Of a stretch of DNA of 64,000 nt, positions 9,625 to 20,648 are shown one piece after another. Where the stretch lies: the NCBI GenBank assembly GCA_963721685.1, contig CAVRJJ010000005.1, positions 167,943 to 231,942 on the forward strand, written 5' to 3'. The DNA is from an uncultured bacterium (GTDB taxonomy: Bacteria > Patescibacteriota > Saccharimonadia > UBA4664 > SCTI01). Positions within the stretch are counted from its first letter, which is position 1. Every line of letters starts with the position of its first letter. The position numbers were made by a program, and so were the translations under genes. Under the pieces are notes generated by a model that was given only the letters and a program-made list of their open reading frames with translations, was not told the origin of the DNA and did not search any database.

Positions 9625-11148
9625 CTATCGCCGCTTGTATAAGGTGAGAATGGTTTTGTCGGGAAGGGTGGAGCGCATGACGACTGCGCCGGAGCCGGCA
9701 CCTCCCGACGTTCGCTCAAGCACATAATTTGCCTCGGCGGGGGTAGCGATGGGGACACCGAACCGCCGATGGAAGTAAGCCATTCCCCAACCGTTGAGCC
9801 ACATAGTGTCGGATCCCGAGTAGGCCAAGCTGCGGGCAGCGGGCGGTTGCCGCTCGAGGTAAGCAAATATTTCCTGGAGACCCCAGTCTTCATTGGTTGG
9901 CGGTCCAATGATGTAGCCTCGCTGTGCAAAGACAGTAACCGGTTTTCCAGCTAAGGAGGCCTCTATATTGGCGGGAAGAACCTTCCAGCCAAAGCTAATA
10001 ACCCAAAACATGGCCGCGCCGTACAAAGCGATGCCGGTGTAGACGAGGCGCCGCGGCGTGGTTTTCAGCATGCCTATCCAAATAACAGAAAAAAGGGAAA
10101 CCGCGGGCAACATAGGAAGCGTATAGCGCGCATCTTTGTTGGCTAGTAGCGCAAAGGCCGTGTAGGTTCCTAGTATCAAGAGGGCGGGATACATTAGCTC
10201 AGGACGAAGCCTTCTCTGCCAAGCCAGCGCGCCAATACCCACCAAGAACAATAAGGCTCCTGGCAGGAAAACCTGTTGGTTAACCAGGTTTGGCACATAC
10301 CAAACGGCGGCCGCCAGGCTACCCGGCAGGGGATCACCTTCCCGCAGCGCCTGCTCGGCGCCGTTAACCTTGGTGTCAATTTGCAATTGCTGGATATTGG
10401 CCGCGTACCAGGGGCTGGCCACCGTGTAGGCCAGCAATACGGCCGCCCCGGCTACCACCAAGCGGCGCGGGCGCCTTTCCCTAAAATCGGCTTTGGCCGC
10501 CAGAACAACCGCCCAAATTACGGGAAGAAGCATGCACGCCACGAACGTCCATTTTGTAAGCATCCCCAGGCCACAAACAACACCGAAGGCTATGGAATAG
10601 GCGGGTTTTCGAAACGCCTCGGAGTACAACAGCAAGCAAAGGGCTAGGGCCACCATCGCGGTAAGTGGGGCATCGAGCTGGAGCTCCTTAAACTGGGTAA
10701 TAAGCATGGGGTAACTGAGGCAGAGGATCGCGGCAATTAGCCCGGCCGCCCGGCTTGCAATGCGGACGCCCAGAAAGTAAACGGAAAAGAGGAGGATGAG
10801 AATAAAAATTGTATTCGACATTACCGCCGCCTCAACATTCACGCCAAACAAAATGTAAAAAGGAATGACCGCCCAATACAACAAGGGGGGATAGTAGGCG
10901 TAATGCTGCAACAACGGCAGCAGCTGATGATTTTGAAAAAGCTCCCAGTAGTGCAAGCTTGTCCAAAGGTGGCGCCCCATGTCCCAGTGTGGCGGCCGCG
11001 TTTCGGTGGTGATCCATAGGTAATTGGCACTTATTATGAGAGCGGCCAAAAAAACCAGAATAAGGGGGCAGGTATAGCGGCTCAACCACAAGGCCCTTAC
11101 CCGGTTTCTCGGCGGCACCGCCTTACCCGCGATGGGAATTCTTGTCAT
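9625..11148 (-). CDS. ArnT/PMT-family (GT-C) membrane glycosyltransferase
   Basis: Multi-TM; PPHWD, YPPL, GLGMLTKW, RYTLPMLP motifs. Confidence 0.75.
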   Translation of the reverse strand: MTRIPIAGKAVPPRNRVRALWLSRYTCPLILVFLAALIISANYLWITTETRPPHWDMGRHLWTSLHYWELFQNHQLLPLLQHYAYYPPLLYWAVIPFYILFGVNVEAAVMSNTIFILILLFSVYFLGVRIASRAAGLIAAILCLSYPMLITQFKELQLDAPLTAMVALALCLLLYSEAFRKPAYSIAFGVVCGLGMLTKWTFVACMLLPVIWAVVLAAKADFRERRPRRLVVAGAAVLLAYTVASPWYAANIQQLQIDTKVNGAEQALREGDPLPGSLAAAVWYVPNLVNQQVFLPGALLFLVGIGALAWQRRLRPELMYPALLILGTYTAFALLANKDARYTLPMLPAVSLFSVIWIGMLKTTPRRLVYTGIALYGAAMFWVISFGWKVLPANIEASLAGKPVTVFAQRGYIIGPPTNEDWGLQEIFAYLERQPPAARSLAYSGSDTMWLNGWGMAYFHRRFGVPIATPAEANYVLERTSGGAGSGAVVMRSTLPDKTILTLYKRR

Positions 11149-12460
11149 GCGTCGCCCCTTTTCTAGCCTGAGTCCCGGTAAGGCCAAGCACCAATCCAAT
11201 TGTCACCCAAATATGAGGGATGTAGAGCGTGGAAAAGGCGTAATACTGCACAACGTATGCCAAACAGGTTGCAAAGAGCGCCGCCAGCCAAACGCGATGG
11301 TAGTTCATAAGCTGCATACGCCACGTGCCCACGAGGCGCGCAAAAAGCGCCACTACAAAGCCTGCCAGCGCCAAAGCTCCCGCTAAACCGGTTTCAGCCA
11401 ATATTTCATAGTACTCATTGTTGACGGTGGGGTGGTTTCCCTTAGCCGGATAATTAAGCGGCGCTGCGGATTTGGCATATGCTCCGAAGCTGCCAATACC
11501 ATAGCCGAGCAGGGGGCGGTCTTGAAAAGCCTCAATCGCTAAGCGGCGATTAAGCACCCGGTCGCTATCAGCACTTCCTTTATTGGATGTTACGGTGGTG
11601 GACTGCTTCACATAACGCTTAATCGCCTTATCACCGGCATTGGGGTCAGCGTTAAAGGCGTTAGTCGCGGAGTATATTAAGCCGGCCGCGCACAAGGCCG
11701 CCAGACCAATAGTCGTGACAACGCCCGTCATTACCCTCAACGATGAGAGCCTGACAAGCAGTCCCATAAGTGCCATTAACCCAACCGCGCCCCCAATCAT
11801 CCCTCCCCGGGATAGGGTGAGCGCAAGGGCCAATATAAACAGGAAAAGCAGAATATAAGTAATGGTGGATTTTTGCTGGTTGCGCCCGAGTAAAAGGCCG
11901 GTCGCCAGCATAACCGGAAGGAGCAAATAATTGGCAAAGAATAGCGGCTCAAGACCGGTAGACTGAATCCGCGGAAAGCCAAAGATCTCTTTGATATAAT
12001 TGGGCCGCAAGCCGGTAGCCGACGGGGGCAATCCGATAATGTCGCCAATAAATTGGTACAGCCCGAAAGCAACCGCGACCGCGGTAGCAGCGAACAGCAC
12101 TTTTTGTATTCTCGGTAACGCTTCCAAGCGAACAACGCGGGCAACGATCACCGCCGCTCCTATGGCCAGAGCGGTTGCTACAATCACGATAAGCGAGCGG
12201 GGTTTGTCTATTGACCCAAGCAAGGAAGCAGCCAGCACGGCCATGTACGCCGCCAACCAGAAGTAGGGGCTGAAGGGATTAAGGCGGACCCGCCGGGCAA
12301 TCATAGGGCCGAAGACGATGATCCCGACGGCAATTATAATAAGACTTAGACGAAGGGTGACGGTATGTGATCCAAGCGAAACATCAAGAGAAGGAATGCG
12401 CTCAAACGGCAGGACCGCTACAAGCGCCACCAACCACCATCGTTTCAAGAAATTCATCAT
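11123..12460 (-). CDS. O-antigen ligase/polymerase (Wzy_C) family protein
   Basis: Multi-TM; TLSRGG, PLLGYGIGSF, NNEYYEILAETG. Confidence 0.8.
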   Translation of the reverse strand: MMNFLKRWWLVALVAVLPFERIPSLDVSLGSHTVTLRLSLIIIAVGIIVFGPMIARRVRLNPFSPYFWLAAYMAVLAASLLGSIDKPRSLIVIVATALAIGAAVIVARVVRLEALPRIQKVLFAATAVAVAFGLYQFIGDIIGLPPSATGLRPNYIKEIFGFPRIQSTGLEPLFFANYLLLPVMLATGLLLGRNQQKSTITYILLFLFILALALTLSRGGMIGGAVGLMALMGLLVRLSSLRVMTGVVTTIGLAALCAAGLIYSATNAFNADPNAGDKAIKRYVKQSTTVTSNKGSADSDRVLNRRLAIEAFQDRPLLGYGIGSFGAYAKSAAPLNYPAKGNHPTVNNEYYEILAETGLAGALALAGFVVALFARLVGTWRMQLMNYHRVWLAALFATCLAYVVQYYAFSTLYIPHIWVTIGLVLGLTGTQARKGATHDKNSHRG

Positions 12461-12509
12461 ATAATGGTATCATAGAAGCCATTACTGTAATCGTCTAGGA
12501 GAGAAATGT

Positions 12510-13502
12510 ATGTCCCAAAAAAAGCGCGCCCTTGTAACCGGCATTACCGGCCAAGACGGCATGTATTTGGCAGAACTGTTATTAGCAAAAGACTATGAGG
12601 TTTTCGGCTTAATCCGGGGGCAAAACAATCCTAAACGTACCATGATCGAACAGACCTTCCCCGGGGTGCAGCTAATAGAAGGGGATCTGACCGACTTAGC
12701 CTCTTTGGTGGCCGCTTTGGAGGTCAGCCAACCCAGCGAAGTATACAACCTGGGCGCGATCAGTTTTGTGGCCTTTTCCTTTAAGCAGCCCGAGCTTACC
12801 GGTAACGTCAGTGGGCTTGGCGCGCTGCGCGTACTTGAGGCAATTCGCATTGTGGACGGCGACAAACGTTCCATCCGCTTTTATCAAGCATCAACCAGCG
12901 AGCTTTATGGCAAGGTGCGCGAGACCCCCCAAACCGAGTTGACCCCCTTCCATCCCCGCAGCCCCTACGGGGTGGCCAAGGCCTATGCCCATCATATGAC
13001 GGTGAACTACCGCGAAAGCTATAATATGCACGCGTCCTGCGGCATTTTGTTTAACCACGAATCACCGCGCCGCGGCTATGAGTTTGTAACCCGCAAAGTG
13101 ACCAGCTCGGTGGCCCGGATTAAGCTTGGTCTCCAGGCGGACATGTCGCTTGGCAACCTGGACGCTAAACGCGACTGGGGTTTTGCCGGCGACTATGTTG
13201 AAGGGATGTGGCGGATGTTGCAGCAGGACGAGCCGGATGACTACGTGCTTGCTACTGGCGAAACTCATTCGATAGCCGAACTGCTGGATGCGGCGTTTGG
13301 CGAAGTCGGCATTGACGATTGGAAGCCCTACGTTAAACAGGATCCACGTTTTATGCGCCCTGCCGAAGTGGATCTCTTGCTGGGCGACCCGACAAAAGCC
13401 AAAGAAAAACTTGGTTGGGAGCCAAAGGTTGGTTTCAAAGAATTGGTAGCAATGATGGTAAAGAATGACCTGGAAATTGAGGGAGCGACAAAGCGGGGCT
13501 AA
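12510..13502 (+). CDS. gmd: GDP-mannose 4,6-dehydratase
   Basis: [42 protein letters not shown]. Confidence 0.95.
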   Translation: MSQKKRALVTGITGQDGMYLAELLLAKDYEVFGLIRGQNNPKRTMIEQTFPGVQLIEGDLTDLASLVAALEVSQPSEVYNLGAISFVAFSFKQPELTGNVSGLGALRVLEAIRIVDGDKRSIRFYQASTSELYGKVRETPQTELTPFHPRSPYGVAKAYAHHMTVNYRESYNMHASCGILFNHESPRRGYEFVTRKVTSSVARIKLGLQADMSLGNLDAKRDWGFAGDYVEGMWRMLQQDEPDDYVLATGETHSIAELLDAAFGEVGIDDWKPYVKQDPRFMRPAEVDLLLGDPTKAKEKLGWEPKVGFKELVAMMVKNDLEIEGATKRG

Positions 13503-14422
13503 ACTTGGCTTCGCCAATAGTTTAAGGTGTCCTCGAGGGTCTTGCGCAGGGCAATTTGAGGCTCCCATCCAGTATCGCGCCTAAGTTTGGAGGCGTCCCC
13601 ATAAAGATCGGGGATATCAGAAGGCCGCATCCGGGCGGGATCCGGCTCCGTAATAATTTCCTTGGCCGAAAAGGAGAGCAGGGTGTCTAAAATTTCCTGG
13701 CCCGATGTTGATTTGCCGCTACAAACATTATAGATTTCAGCATTTCCCCCTTTTTCAGCAAGCAAGGCATATGCCCTTACGATATCACGTACATCGGTAA
13801 AATCGCGCTTGGAGCTGAGGTTGCCCACTCTCAAGGTAGTATCCGCTCCGGCTTTTTCCAGTTCAGCAATTTGTTTGGACAGGTCGGAGACTAAATACCC
13901 GGGCTGTTGGCCGGGTCCGATGTGGTTGAAAGGCCTGGCAATTACCGACTCTATACCGCGCTTAGCATACATTGAGGCTAGATGTTCTTGTCCGACTTTT
14001 GCCACGGCATAGGGACTGGCAAAATCTAATTGCATTGTTTCCGCTACAGGCAGAGAACTGGAGTCCGCCCGCCCGTATATTTGACCACTGCTGACAATCA
14101 GCATGCGCGGGGTGAGCTTAAGTTCCAAGCAGGCCTCATATAAATTAATTTGCATGGCCATGGTGTCGTTAATCGCGGCCACCGGTTGCGAGAATGATAA
14201 GGCTGGGGAAGCGAAGGCGGCCAAGTGGTAGATAATATCAGGCTTAACCTGGGTGATGGCAGTCTTAACCTCTTCATAGCTGCAAAGATTAGCCCTAACA
14301 TAGGGGGATTCATTTTCATGCATACTGATGCCGAAAACGCTCTCATGAGGATGGGCTTCGCGCAATAGGTCCATCAGGTGCTTACCCACAAAGCCGCTGG
14401 CACCGGTAACGAGAATATTCAT
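13499..14422 (-). CDS. GDP-4-keto-6-deoxy-D-mannose reductase (Rmd-like SDR)
   Basis: [32 protein letters not shown]; next to gmd. Confidence 0.75.
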   Translation of the reverse strand: MNILVTGASGFVGKHLMDLLREAHPHESVFGISMHENESPYVRANLCSYEEVKTAITQVKPDIIYHLAAFASPALSFSQPVAAINDTMAMQINLYEACLELKLTPRMLIVSSGQIYGRADSSSLPVAETMQLDFASPYAVAKVGQEHLASMYAKRGIESVIARPFNHIGPGQQPGYLVSDLSKQIAELEKAGADTTLRVGNLSSKRDFTDVRDIVRAYALLAEKGGNAEIYNVCSGKSTSGQEILDTLLSFSAKEIITEPDPARMRPSDIPDLYGDASKLRRDTGWEPQIALRKTLEDTLNYWRSQV

Positions 14423-15571
14423 TTAAGTCCGTCCTATAGCTTTAAAGATATCTACCAGTTTAGCAGCCTCCTCCTGCCATACGAATTTTTTGGCTTGCTC
14501 AAAGCCAGCGGCAGACATTTGTTGAGCCAGCTTATCGTCACTTAGAACTTTTGTTAGCGCGGCGGCAATCGCTTCGGTATCGCGGGCATCCACCTTAATA
14601 CCCGCGTTTCCGACCACCTCAGGTAGAGACGAATTGTCCCCCACAATAACGGGCGTGCCGCAGGCCATGGCCTCAAGCGGGGGCATGCCAAAGCCCTCAT
14701 AAAAGCTGGGATAAGCAAAAACGGATGCCCCTGAATAGAGTGCCGGGAGATCAGCTTCTGCGGCATATCCCGTCCGAATGATGGTATATTCTTGGCTGAG
14801 CGAATCATAAAGGTCATTAATTTCAGTGTCCAGCCAGCCTTTGCCACCCGTAAGGACAAGGGCATACTTTTTCTTAACTTGTACACTTAGTTGCGCGTAA
14901 GCTTTTAGGAGGCCAACCAAATTTTTGCGGGGTTCAATGGTCCCAACGCTTAAAATGTAGGGCTGGTTAATCCCATATTTCGCCTGGACCGTTGCAATTG
15001 CTTTGGCATTTCTGGGCATAAAGAATTCATGGTTAACGGCGGGGTATACAACTGAAACTTTGTTAGGATTTGTCCCGTATTCAGCCAAAATTTCGCGGCG
15101 GGAATTTTCAGAAATAGTCACCACTTGGGTCGCTCGCCTAATTGATTTTGGCACTGTCCGGGTTAAATAGCCTCGGTGGCCCCTCACGGAATGCTCGCCG
15201 GCGTGAAGATAGGAGAGGTCGTACACGACAATCACGGAAGCCTTGGTCCAAATCAGGGGCCACCGAACAAAATTGGGAAAAAAGAAAACGTCTGGACGAA
15301 GCATGGAAGCGAGGTCGTACGGTATGCCGACGAACCATCGGACTAAGAGATGGTAAAAACGCCCTGGAAACCAGCTAATTTTCCGTGGGATCACATTTTT
15401 GCCGTAGATACCAAGATCCGAGGGCTTTTTATGAATGAAACTAATATAAGTAAGATAAAAAAGGTCGTTTGGCATTTGCTTAACGACTTCTTCAAGCAAG
15501 TTGCGCGTGTAGTAGTCGACACCGGTTTTAGCTTCACGGTGCAGAACCGAAGCCTCAATACCAATTTTCAT
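14423..15571 (-). CDS. GT4 glycosyltransferase
   Basis: GTIEPRKN, EGFGMPPLEAM. Confidence 0.9.
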   Translation of the reverse strand: MKIGIEASVLHREAKTGVDYYTRNLLEEVVKQMPNDLFYLTYISFIHKKPSDLGIYGKNVIPRKISWFPGRFYHLLVRWFVGIPYDLASMLRPDVFFFPNFVRWPLIWTKASVIVVYDLSYLHAGEHSVRGHRGYLTRTVPKSIRRATQVVTISENSRREILAEYGTNPNKVSVVYPAVNHEFFMPRNAKAIATVQAKYGINQPYILSVGTIEPRKNLVGLLKAYAQLSVQVKKKYALVLTGGKGWLDTEINDLYDSLSQEYTIIRTGYAAEADLPALYSGASVFAYPSFYEGFGMPPLEAMACGTPVIVGDNSSLPEVVGNAGIKVDARDTEAIAAALTKVLSDDKLAQQMSAAGFEQAKKFVWQEEAAKLVDIFKAIGRT

Positions 15572-16428
15572 GAGGCTGAATTCCTCCGATTTAGGCCTTT
15601 TTTCAGTAATGCTGAGTAAATTCGCAATAAGGGCTTGATGTGTCCTTTGCTCCAGTGCCGCTTATAGAATTTATAACGTATCATCACATTATACGGGGAC
15701 TTAATTGAAAACAGTAATTCTTTAATGAATCCAGCCTTTCTTGAGGTTTGACGTTTAAGCCAAGAGGAAGAAACGTCCGCATAAAGTATGCTATCGGGCA
15801 CAACCAAAAGCTCATAACCTTTCTCCCGAGCTCTTAGCGAAAAGTCCGCGTCACCAAAGTATTGGGGAAAATTTTTGGTATCGTATAGACCCACTGCTTT
15901 AAAGGCAGCCACGGGTATGAGAATCCCCATGCCCGTTAGCCAGTCGGTGAATATGGGTTGGTGGCCGGATGGCAGTTCAGTCTGGTGTTCCATTTCGCCG
16001 CTGGAATAGTTAAAATAAGCGCCGGCAAACCAAATTCGCTCAGGCTGTCCGGCATACCGCACAATCGACCCGACCACCGCTTTGGGGCGTGCCCGCGCGA
16101 CTTTTATGAGAGCCTCGAGGGATCCCGGAGCGATTACCACGTCATTATTGATGGTAAGGACATAGTCATATTTGTGCTTTATAGCCCATTCCACGCCCAG
16201 ATTGGTGGCTCCAGACCACCACAGGCTTCCATTCCCTTTAAGAACTATAGTTTTCGGGTGGGCCGCGGCAATCGCTTCTGCTGAACCATCAGTGGAGCCG
16301 TCGTCTACCACAACAGTTACCAAGTTCGGGTAGCCAGCCTCCTCCATTGATTTCAAGAAAGGCAGGGTGTGTTCAATCCCATTGTGAATTGGAATGACCG
16401 CGGCAATCGACGGTTTTGCGCTAGTCAT
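15568..16428 (-). CDS. GT2 glycosyltransferase (rhamnosyltransferase-like)
   Basis: VVDDGSTDGS, LWWSGATN, NNDV, FPQYFGDADF. Confidence 0.88.
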   Translation of the reverse strand: MTSAKPSIAAVIPIHNGIEHTLPFLKSMEEAGYPNLVTVVVDDGSTDGSAEAIAAAHPKTIVLKGNGSLWWSGATNLGVEWAIKHKYDYVLTINNDVVIAPGSLEALIKVARARPKAVVGSIVRYAGQPERIWFAGAYFNYSSGEMEHQTELPSGHQPIFTDWLTGMGILIPVAAFKAVGLYDTKNFPQYFGDADFSLRAREKGYELLVVPDSILYADVSSSWLKRQTSRKAGFIKELLFSIKSPYNVMIRYKFYKRHWSKGHIKPLLRIYSALLKKGLNRRNSAS

Positions 16429-17551
16429 TGAATGCACTTCTATAAACTTCAAGTGTTTGCTGCGCCATAGTGTTCCATGAAAATTGCTGGAGACGCTTAC
16501 TCCCGCGGCTAACAAGAAGCTCTTGTTCTTTTTCTGACTTTATTAAAAGCAGCATTTTAGCGGAAATATCTTCAATATCCTGGGGATTGATAAAAAGCGC
16601 GGCATCACCGGCAATTTCCGGCAAGCAGGTGGTGTTAGAGCAAATAATGGGCCGCCGCATTGCCATTGCCTCCAACAAGGGAATGCCAAAACCTTCAAAT
16701 AAGGATGGGTAAACCAGGGCAAAGCATTTTCCATATACGGCCGGCAAACTAGCGTAAGGGAGATACCCTAAGATATGAACATGGTTGGCAATGCCAAGTT
16801 CTGCCGCGGCTTTGCTTATAGTGCCGACAGCTCCGGTATTTATCCCCGACAAGACCAACGAAAATTCAGGATGATTTTCAACAACCTTTGCAAAGGCTTT
16901 TAACAGGCGCTGGTGATTTTTATGAGGCCAGGTTGCCGCGGGATAATAAAAGTAGCGACTGGGCAGTGTGTCCGTGGGCGGGTATTGTCTATTGGGCTGG
17001 AACAGTTCTTCATCGTAGCTCAAATGTACCGTTGTAATCTTTTGGGCATTTATACCGTATCGCCCAACGATGCTGGCTTTTGTAAAGTCGGAGATGGCAA
17101 TAATTGCGTCAGCGGCCTCCGCGGAAGGGGCGTAGGTAGCTTTTCTCCCTCTTAGCTCGCTTGGGGTAAAAAATTCCGGATGAAATTCGTGCTGCATGTC
17201 CATAAAGCTCAGAACGGTTTTCGTTCGAACTCCTTCAGGGAAGATAGTTTGGAAGGGAAAGTGCACTACATCAAGATGCGCGGCGTTGATGCGCTGGGAT
17301 TGTCTGGATTGTAAAAAAGGTAATTGAAGTTTGCGCAGAACTTTGTCAGCGAACGATTCTTCTTCAAGCAGGACAACCTTAAAATGGGGGTTATCAAGCA
17401 CTAACTCGTGGGCACACTCGCGCCGTAGGAATATGATGTAGTGATTCTTCTTGTCGATGTGCTGCAATGATCTAATCAGGTTTCGGAAATATGTTTCAGT
17501 ACCGCCGGTTTTGCCCGGCATAAGACCCCAGCCTACAATTCCTATCTTCAT
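16421..17551 (-). CDS. GT4 glycosyltransferase
   Basis: YPAATWPHKNH, EGFGIPLLEAM. Confidence 0.9.
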   Translation of the reverse strand: MKIGIVGWGLMPGKTGGTETYFRNLIRSLQHIDKKNHYIIFLRRECAHELVLDNPHFKVVLLEEESFADKVLRKLQLPFLQSRQSQRINAAHLDVVHFPFQTIFPEGVRTKTVLSFMDMQHEFHPEFFTPSELRGRKATYAPSAEAADAIIAISDFTKASIVGRYGINAQKITTVHLSYDEELFQPNRQYPPTDTLPSRYFYYPAATWPHKNHQRLLKAFAKVVENHPEFSLVLSGINTGAVGTISKAAAELGIANHVHILGYLPYASLPAVYGKCFALVYPSLFEGFGIPLLEAMAMRRPIICSNTTCLPEIAGDAALFINPQDIEDISAKMLLLIKSEKEQELLVSRGSKRLQQFSWNTMAQQTLEVYRSAFND

Positions 17552-18645
17552 ACCAGCTTATTATACAGGGCAACAATCTTGTCTTTCACCATACGTTCCA
17601 GGTCAAATTGCTGCCGGGCTTTTGCTTGGGCTTGGCGGCCCAGTGTGACACGCTGGGATTCGTTGGAAAGCAAGTTTACCAGCGCACCGGCCAAGGCTTC
17701 TGGTTGCTTAGGAGCGACTAAAAGGCCGGTTTCGCCGTCTTGAATCAATTCTGGAATTCCGCCTACATTGGTCGCAACAATTGCCGTACCTTTGTGCATG
17801 GCTTCGCATATGGAAAGCGAAAAAGCCTCGCTGTGGGAAGGGAAGGCAAATACCCAGCATTCGGAAAGACTTTTGCTAATCTGCTCGGGCGGCATGAAAC
17901 CCAAGAACTCAAAACTACCCTTAAGCTTTTGCCGCGCCTGGACGAGTAAGCTTTCGTCGTCAACCCCGGCGGCCACTATTAGCCTGACGCCTTTAATCTG
18001 CTTTTTCACTAAGACCATCGCTTCAATCAGATCTACAAACCCTTTTTCGTACTGAATACGGGCGGTGCTAAATACCATCGGATGTGCCGAGGGGGAACGG
18101 GTCCCGCTAAATAGCCGCCCTTTCACGCCATTGTAAATTACGGAAGATCTGGAGGCTAAATGGGGGAAATTTTTGATAGCTACATCGCGCTCCGCCTTAG
18201 AAACAAAAATGGCATGGTCGACATGGCGCGTCATTACCTTCAGTAGTTTTGTCTGCCACCGAAGCGTAAACTCCAACACATGCTTCAGGTCGCCATGGTC
18301 AGTCCAAACAGCCTTACGTCCTAATAGTTTAGCCGCTATAGTTCCGTATACCTGGGCGTCTCGGCCGGACAAATTTACAATGCTTACACGGTACCTGGCA
18401 ATTAAGTACATGTACCGCAATACGGTGCGGGGCCCAATCCAAAGGTATTTGCGCCCCGCGCTGTTTTCCGCCCATGGCACTTGCTCAACGGTAAACTCCA
18501 AATCCTGCATTATTTTAGCCAATTCTGGCTGCTGCGTAACCATGACCGAATGAATCTTGTGCTTTTTTAGTTCCGGCAAGAGAGACGCGTAATATAGCTC
18601 GGCACCACCCAGCTTATAGGCGTTTCTAGCGTGCAAGACTACCAT
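17548..18645 (-). CDS. GT4 glycosyltransferase
   Basis: GGAE, EAFSLSICEAM, VGGIPE. Confidence 0.88.
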   Translation of the reverse strand: MVVLHARNAYKLGGAELYYASLLPELKKHKIHSVMVTQQPELAKIMQDLEFTVEQVPWAENSAGRKYLWIGPRTVLRYMYLIARYRVSIVNLSGRDAQVYGTIAAKLLGRKAVWTDHGDLKHVLEFTLRWQTKLLKVMTRHVDHAIFVSKAERDVAIKNFPHLASRSSVIYNGVKGRLFSGTRSPSAHPMVFSTARIQYEKGFVDLIEAMVLVKKQIKGVRLIVAAGVDDESLLVQARQKLKGSFEFLGFMPPEQISKSLSECWVFAFPSHSEAFSLSICEAMHKGTAIVATNVGGIPELIQDGETGLLVAPKQPEALAGALVNLLSNESQRVTLGRQAQAKARQQFDLERMVKDKIVALYNKLV

Positions 18646-19429
18646 AAATCCATCTTCCTACCCGCTTAATACGCTTCTGAGTTAAACCCATATACTCTGA
18701 AATTGAACGCTTTAGCATAGCGCGGTTTTGCCGGGAATTAATCTTCCCGCCGTATTTACGGCTAATACGAAAAACTTCGGGGTAGAATTTAGTAAGCTGA
18801 GTAATGGTTTTGCTCTCCGGCTGCAGGCGAAAACTGGCATTGATGCCGTCAATTTTTTTAATTGAGTATTTTTTGCCAATTCTCAACCAAAACTCATAAT
18901 CCATCGCGTAATGGTAGGCCTCATCCAGATAGCCAATATCAGAAAAAAGATGGGCCCGAAAAAAAACGGTAGGTTGGGGTATGAGGTTGATGTCATTAAG
19001 CTGGCGCTGGTAATCGAACGTACCAACCTTCTCGGTAAACATGTATCCGCCCTTATCGTTGATATAGTTAAAATCAGTGTATATAAAGTCAACGCCGGGG
19101 TTTTTTTGGAGATACTCAACCGACCGCTTAATCGCTCCGGACTCATAGATATCGTCTGAGTTGAGCCACCCGATTATCTCCCCTTTGGCTCGCTTAAAAC
19201 CTTTGTTAATGGCGTCGGATTGACCGTTGTCTTGCTCCGATACCCAGCTCAAGTGAAAGTGTTTTTCCAGAATTTTGAGTGTACCGTCGGTAGACCCGCC
19301 ATCAATTACAATATGCTCTAAGGGGGAATAATGTTGCTCTTTAACCGAGAGGATGGTTGCTTCAATATACTCAGCTTGGTTGTAAGAGGGGGTGATAATG
19401 GAAACGAGGGGTTTAGCCTTTTGCGACAT
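18626..19429 (-). CDS. GT2 glycosyltransferase (WcaE-like)
   Basis: SIITPSYNQ, IDGGSTDG, WLNSDD, MDYEFWLR. Confidence 0.9.
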   Translation of the reverse strand: MSQKAKPLVSIITPSYNQAEYIEATILSVKEQHYSPLEHIVIDGGSTDGTLKILEKHFHLSWVSEQDNGQSDAINKGFKRAKGEIIGWLNSDDIYESGAIKRSVEYLQKNPGVDFIYTDFNYINDKGGYMFTEKVGTFDYQRQLNDINLIPQPTVFFRAHLFSDIGYLDEAYHYAMDYEFWLRIGKKYSIKKIDGINASFRLQPESKTITQLTKFYPEVFRISRKYGGKINSRQNRAMLKRSISEYMGLTQKRIKRVGRWIYGSLAR

Positions 19430-20648
19430 CTTCAAATACCTTCAGCATATTTTGGGCATAAATCGGCCAGCTAATATTTTTTTCAACAAACTCACGTCCG
19501 TTTTTCGATAGCTTTTGGCGCAGGCGGGGATCTTTAATTAGCTGTTCAATCCGCTCGGCAATCTCCTCGGGCTGGCAGGGTTCAACCAATAGGGCGTTCA
19601 CCCCGTCTTCCAAAACTTCATGGGCGCCCGCTGTTTTTGAAACAATTACGGGAGTACCGGAAGCCATCGCCTCAAAAACAGCTAAACCCCAAGTTTGGTT
19701 GTGGTTGGGAAAAGCAAAAACATCGGCGTTCCGGTACTGGTGCTGTAGCTCTTCCTCCGTGACACGACCAAGAAAGCTAACGTTGTCGGTTACGCGGTGT
19801 TTTTTAACCCGGGAGCGCAACTCACTCCCATAGGATGCGTCGAACTCGTCGCTGCCGACAATGTTTAAGTGGACGCTATGGCCTTGGCCTAGCAGAATTT
19901 TAACGCTATCAATTAAGTCCTCAAACCGCCGCAGGCGGAAAAGTATGCCGGTGCCCAGAATCGTAAAAGTCTTATTTGATTTGGTGTAATTGGGGCTGAA
20001 GCGTTCCAAGTCCAGTCCGCTGCGAATGATGCGCGCATCCTTGTCCATGTAGTGCTTGAATTGGTCCTGGTTACGCTTATCCAGGACCACCACCTCGTTA
20101 ATCGGACGAACGAACCGCAGTTCACGCTGGACTTCAAGCCAAAACAAAAAGTTTTGAAGCTTGATGGAAATCCAGCCCTTCCAAGAACCGGCTTGACGCG
20201 GATGTTGCTGGTTGTGGGCTTGAATCTGAAAAATGCCGGGAACATCATTTGACATCCATACTGTTTTGGCGCCAGGGCTTCGTTTTAAATAGTAATAGGC
20301 CACCCGCTCGGTGAAGAGGTCGTGGAGGTTAAGGACGTCGAAGCCTTCCTCTATGATTCCCGCCAGCTCCTTGATTTGGCTGTCGAATAGGTGAAATTGC
20401 TGGTACGAGTCAAAGCGCAACTGGGCTAGTTTGCCGGTATCTCCAGGCCGTTCCACTTTTGCGACATCTTTTACTAAATACTTGATGTTTAAATTTTTTA
20501 CCAGCTCGGGGTAGCACCGTTCTGCGTTAAAGCCGTAAGTATATACCACCACCTCGTGTTTATCCGCAAGGTGATTGGCGAGCTCAATAGCTTGGCGCTG
20601 GGTTCCGCCGCTGACGCTTAAATCCCACACTATAACCGCGATTTTCAT
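19413..20648 (-). CDS. GT4 glycosyltransferase
   Basis: SGGTQR, QTWGLAVFEAMASG. Confidence 0.85.
   Translation of the reverse strand: MKIAVIVWDLSVSGGTQRQAIELANHLADKHEVVVYTYGFNAERCYPELVKNLNIKYLVKDVAKVERPGDTGKLAQLRFDSYQQFHLFDSQIKELAGIIEEGFDVLNLHDLFTERVAYYYLKRSPGAKTVWMSNDVPGIFQIQAHNQQHPRQAGSWKGWISIKLQNFLFWLEVQRELRFVRPINEVVVLDKRNQDQFKHYMDKDARIIRSGLDLERFSPNYTKSNKTFTILGTGILFRLRRFEDLIDSVKILLGQGHSVHLNIVGSDEFDASYGSELRSRVKKHRVTDNVSFLGRVTEEELQHQYRNADVFAFPNHNQTWGLAVFEAMASGTPVIVSKTAGAHEVLEDGVNALLVEPCQPEEIAERIEQLIKDPRLRQKLSKNGREFVEKNISWPIYAQNMLKVFEDVAKG

Noticed and set aside
12510-13502. gmd inverted within the minus-strand glycan locus as an invertible switch
   Set aside because: No flanking inverted repeats or invertase seen; its stop overlaps the convergent rmd-like gene, indicating a fixed arrangement.
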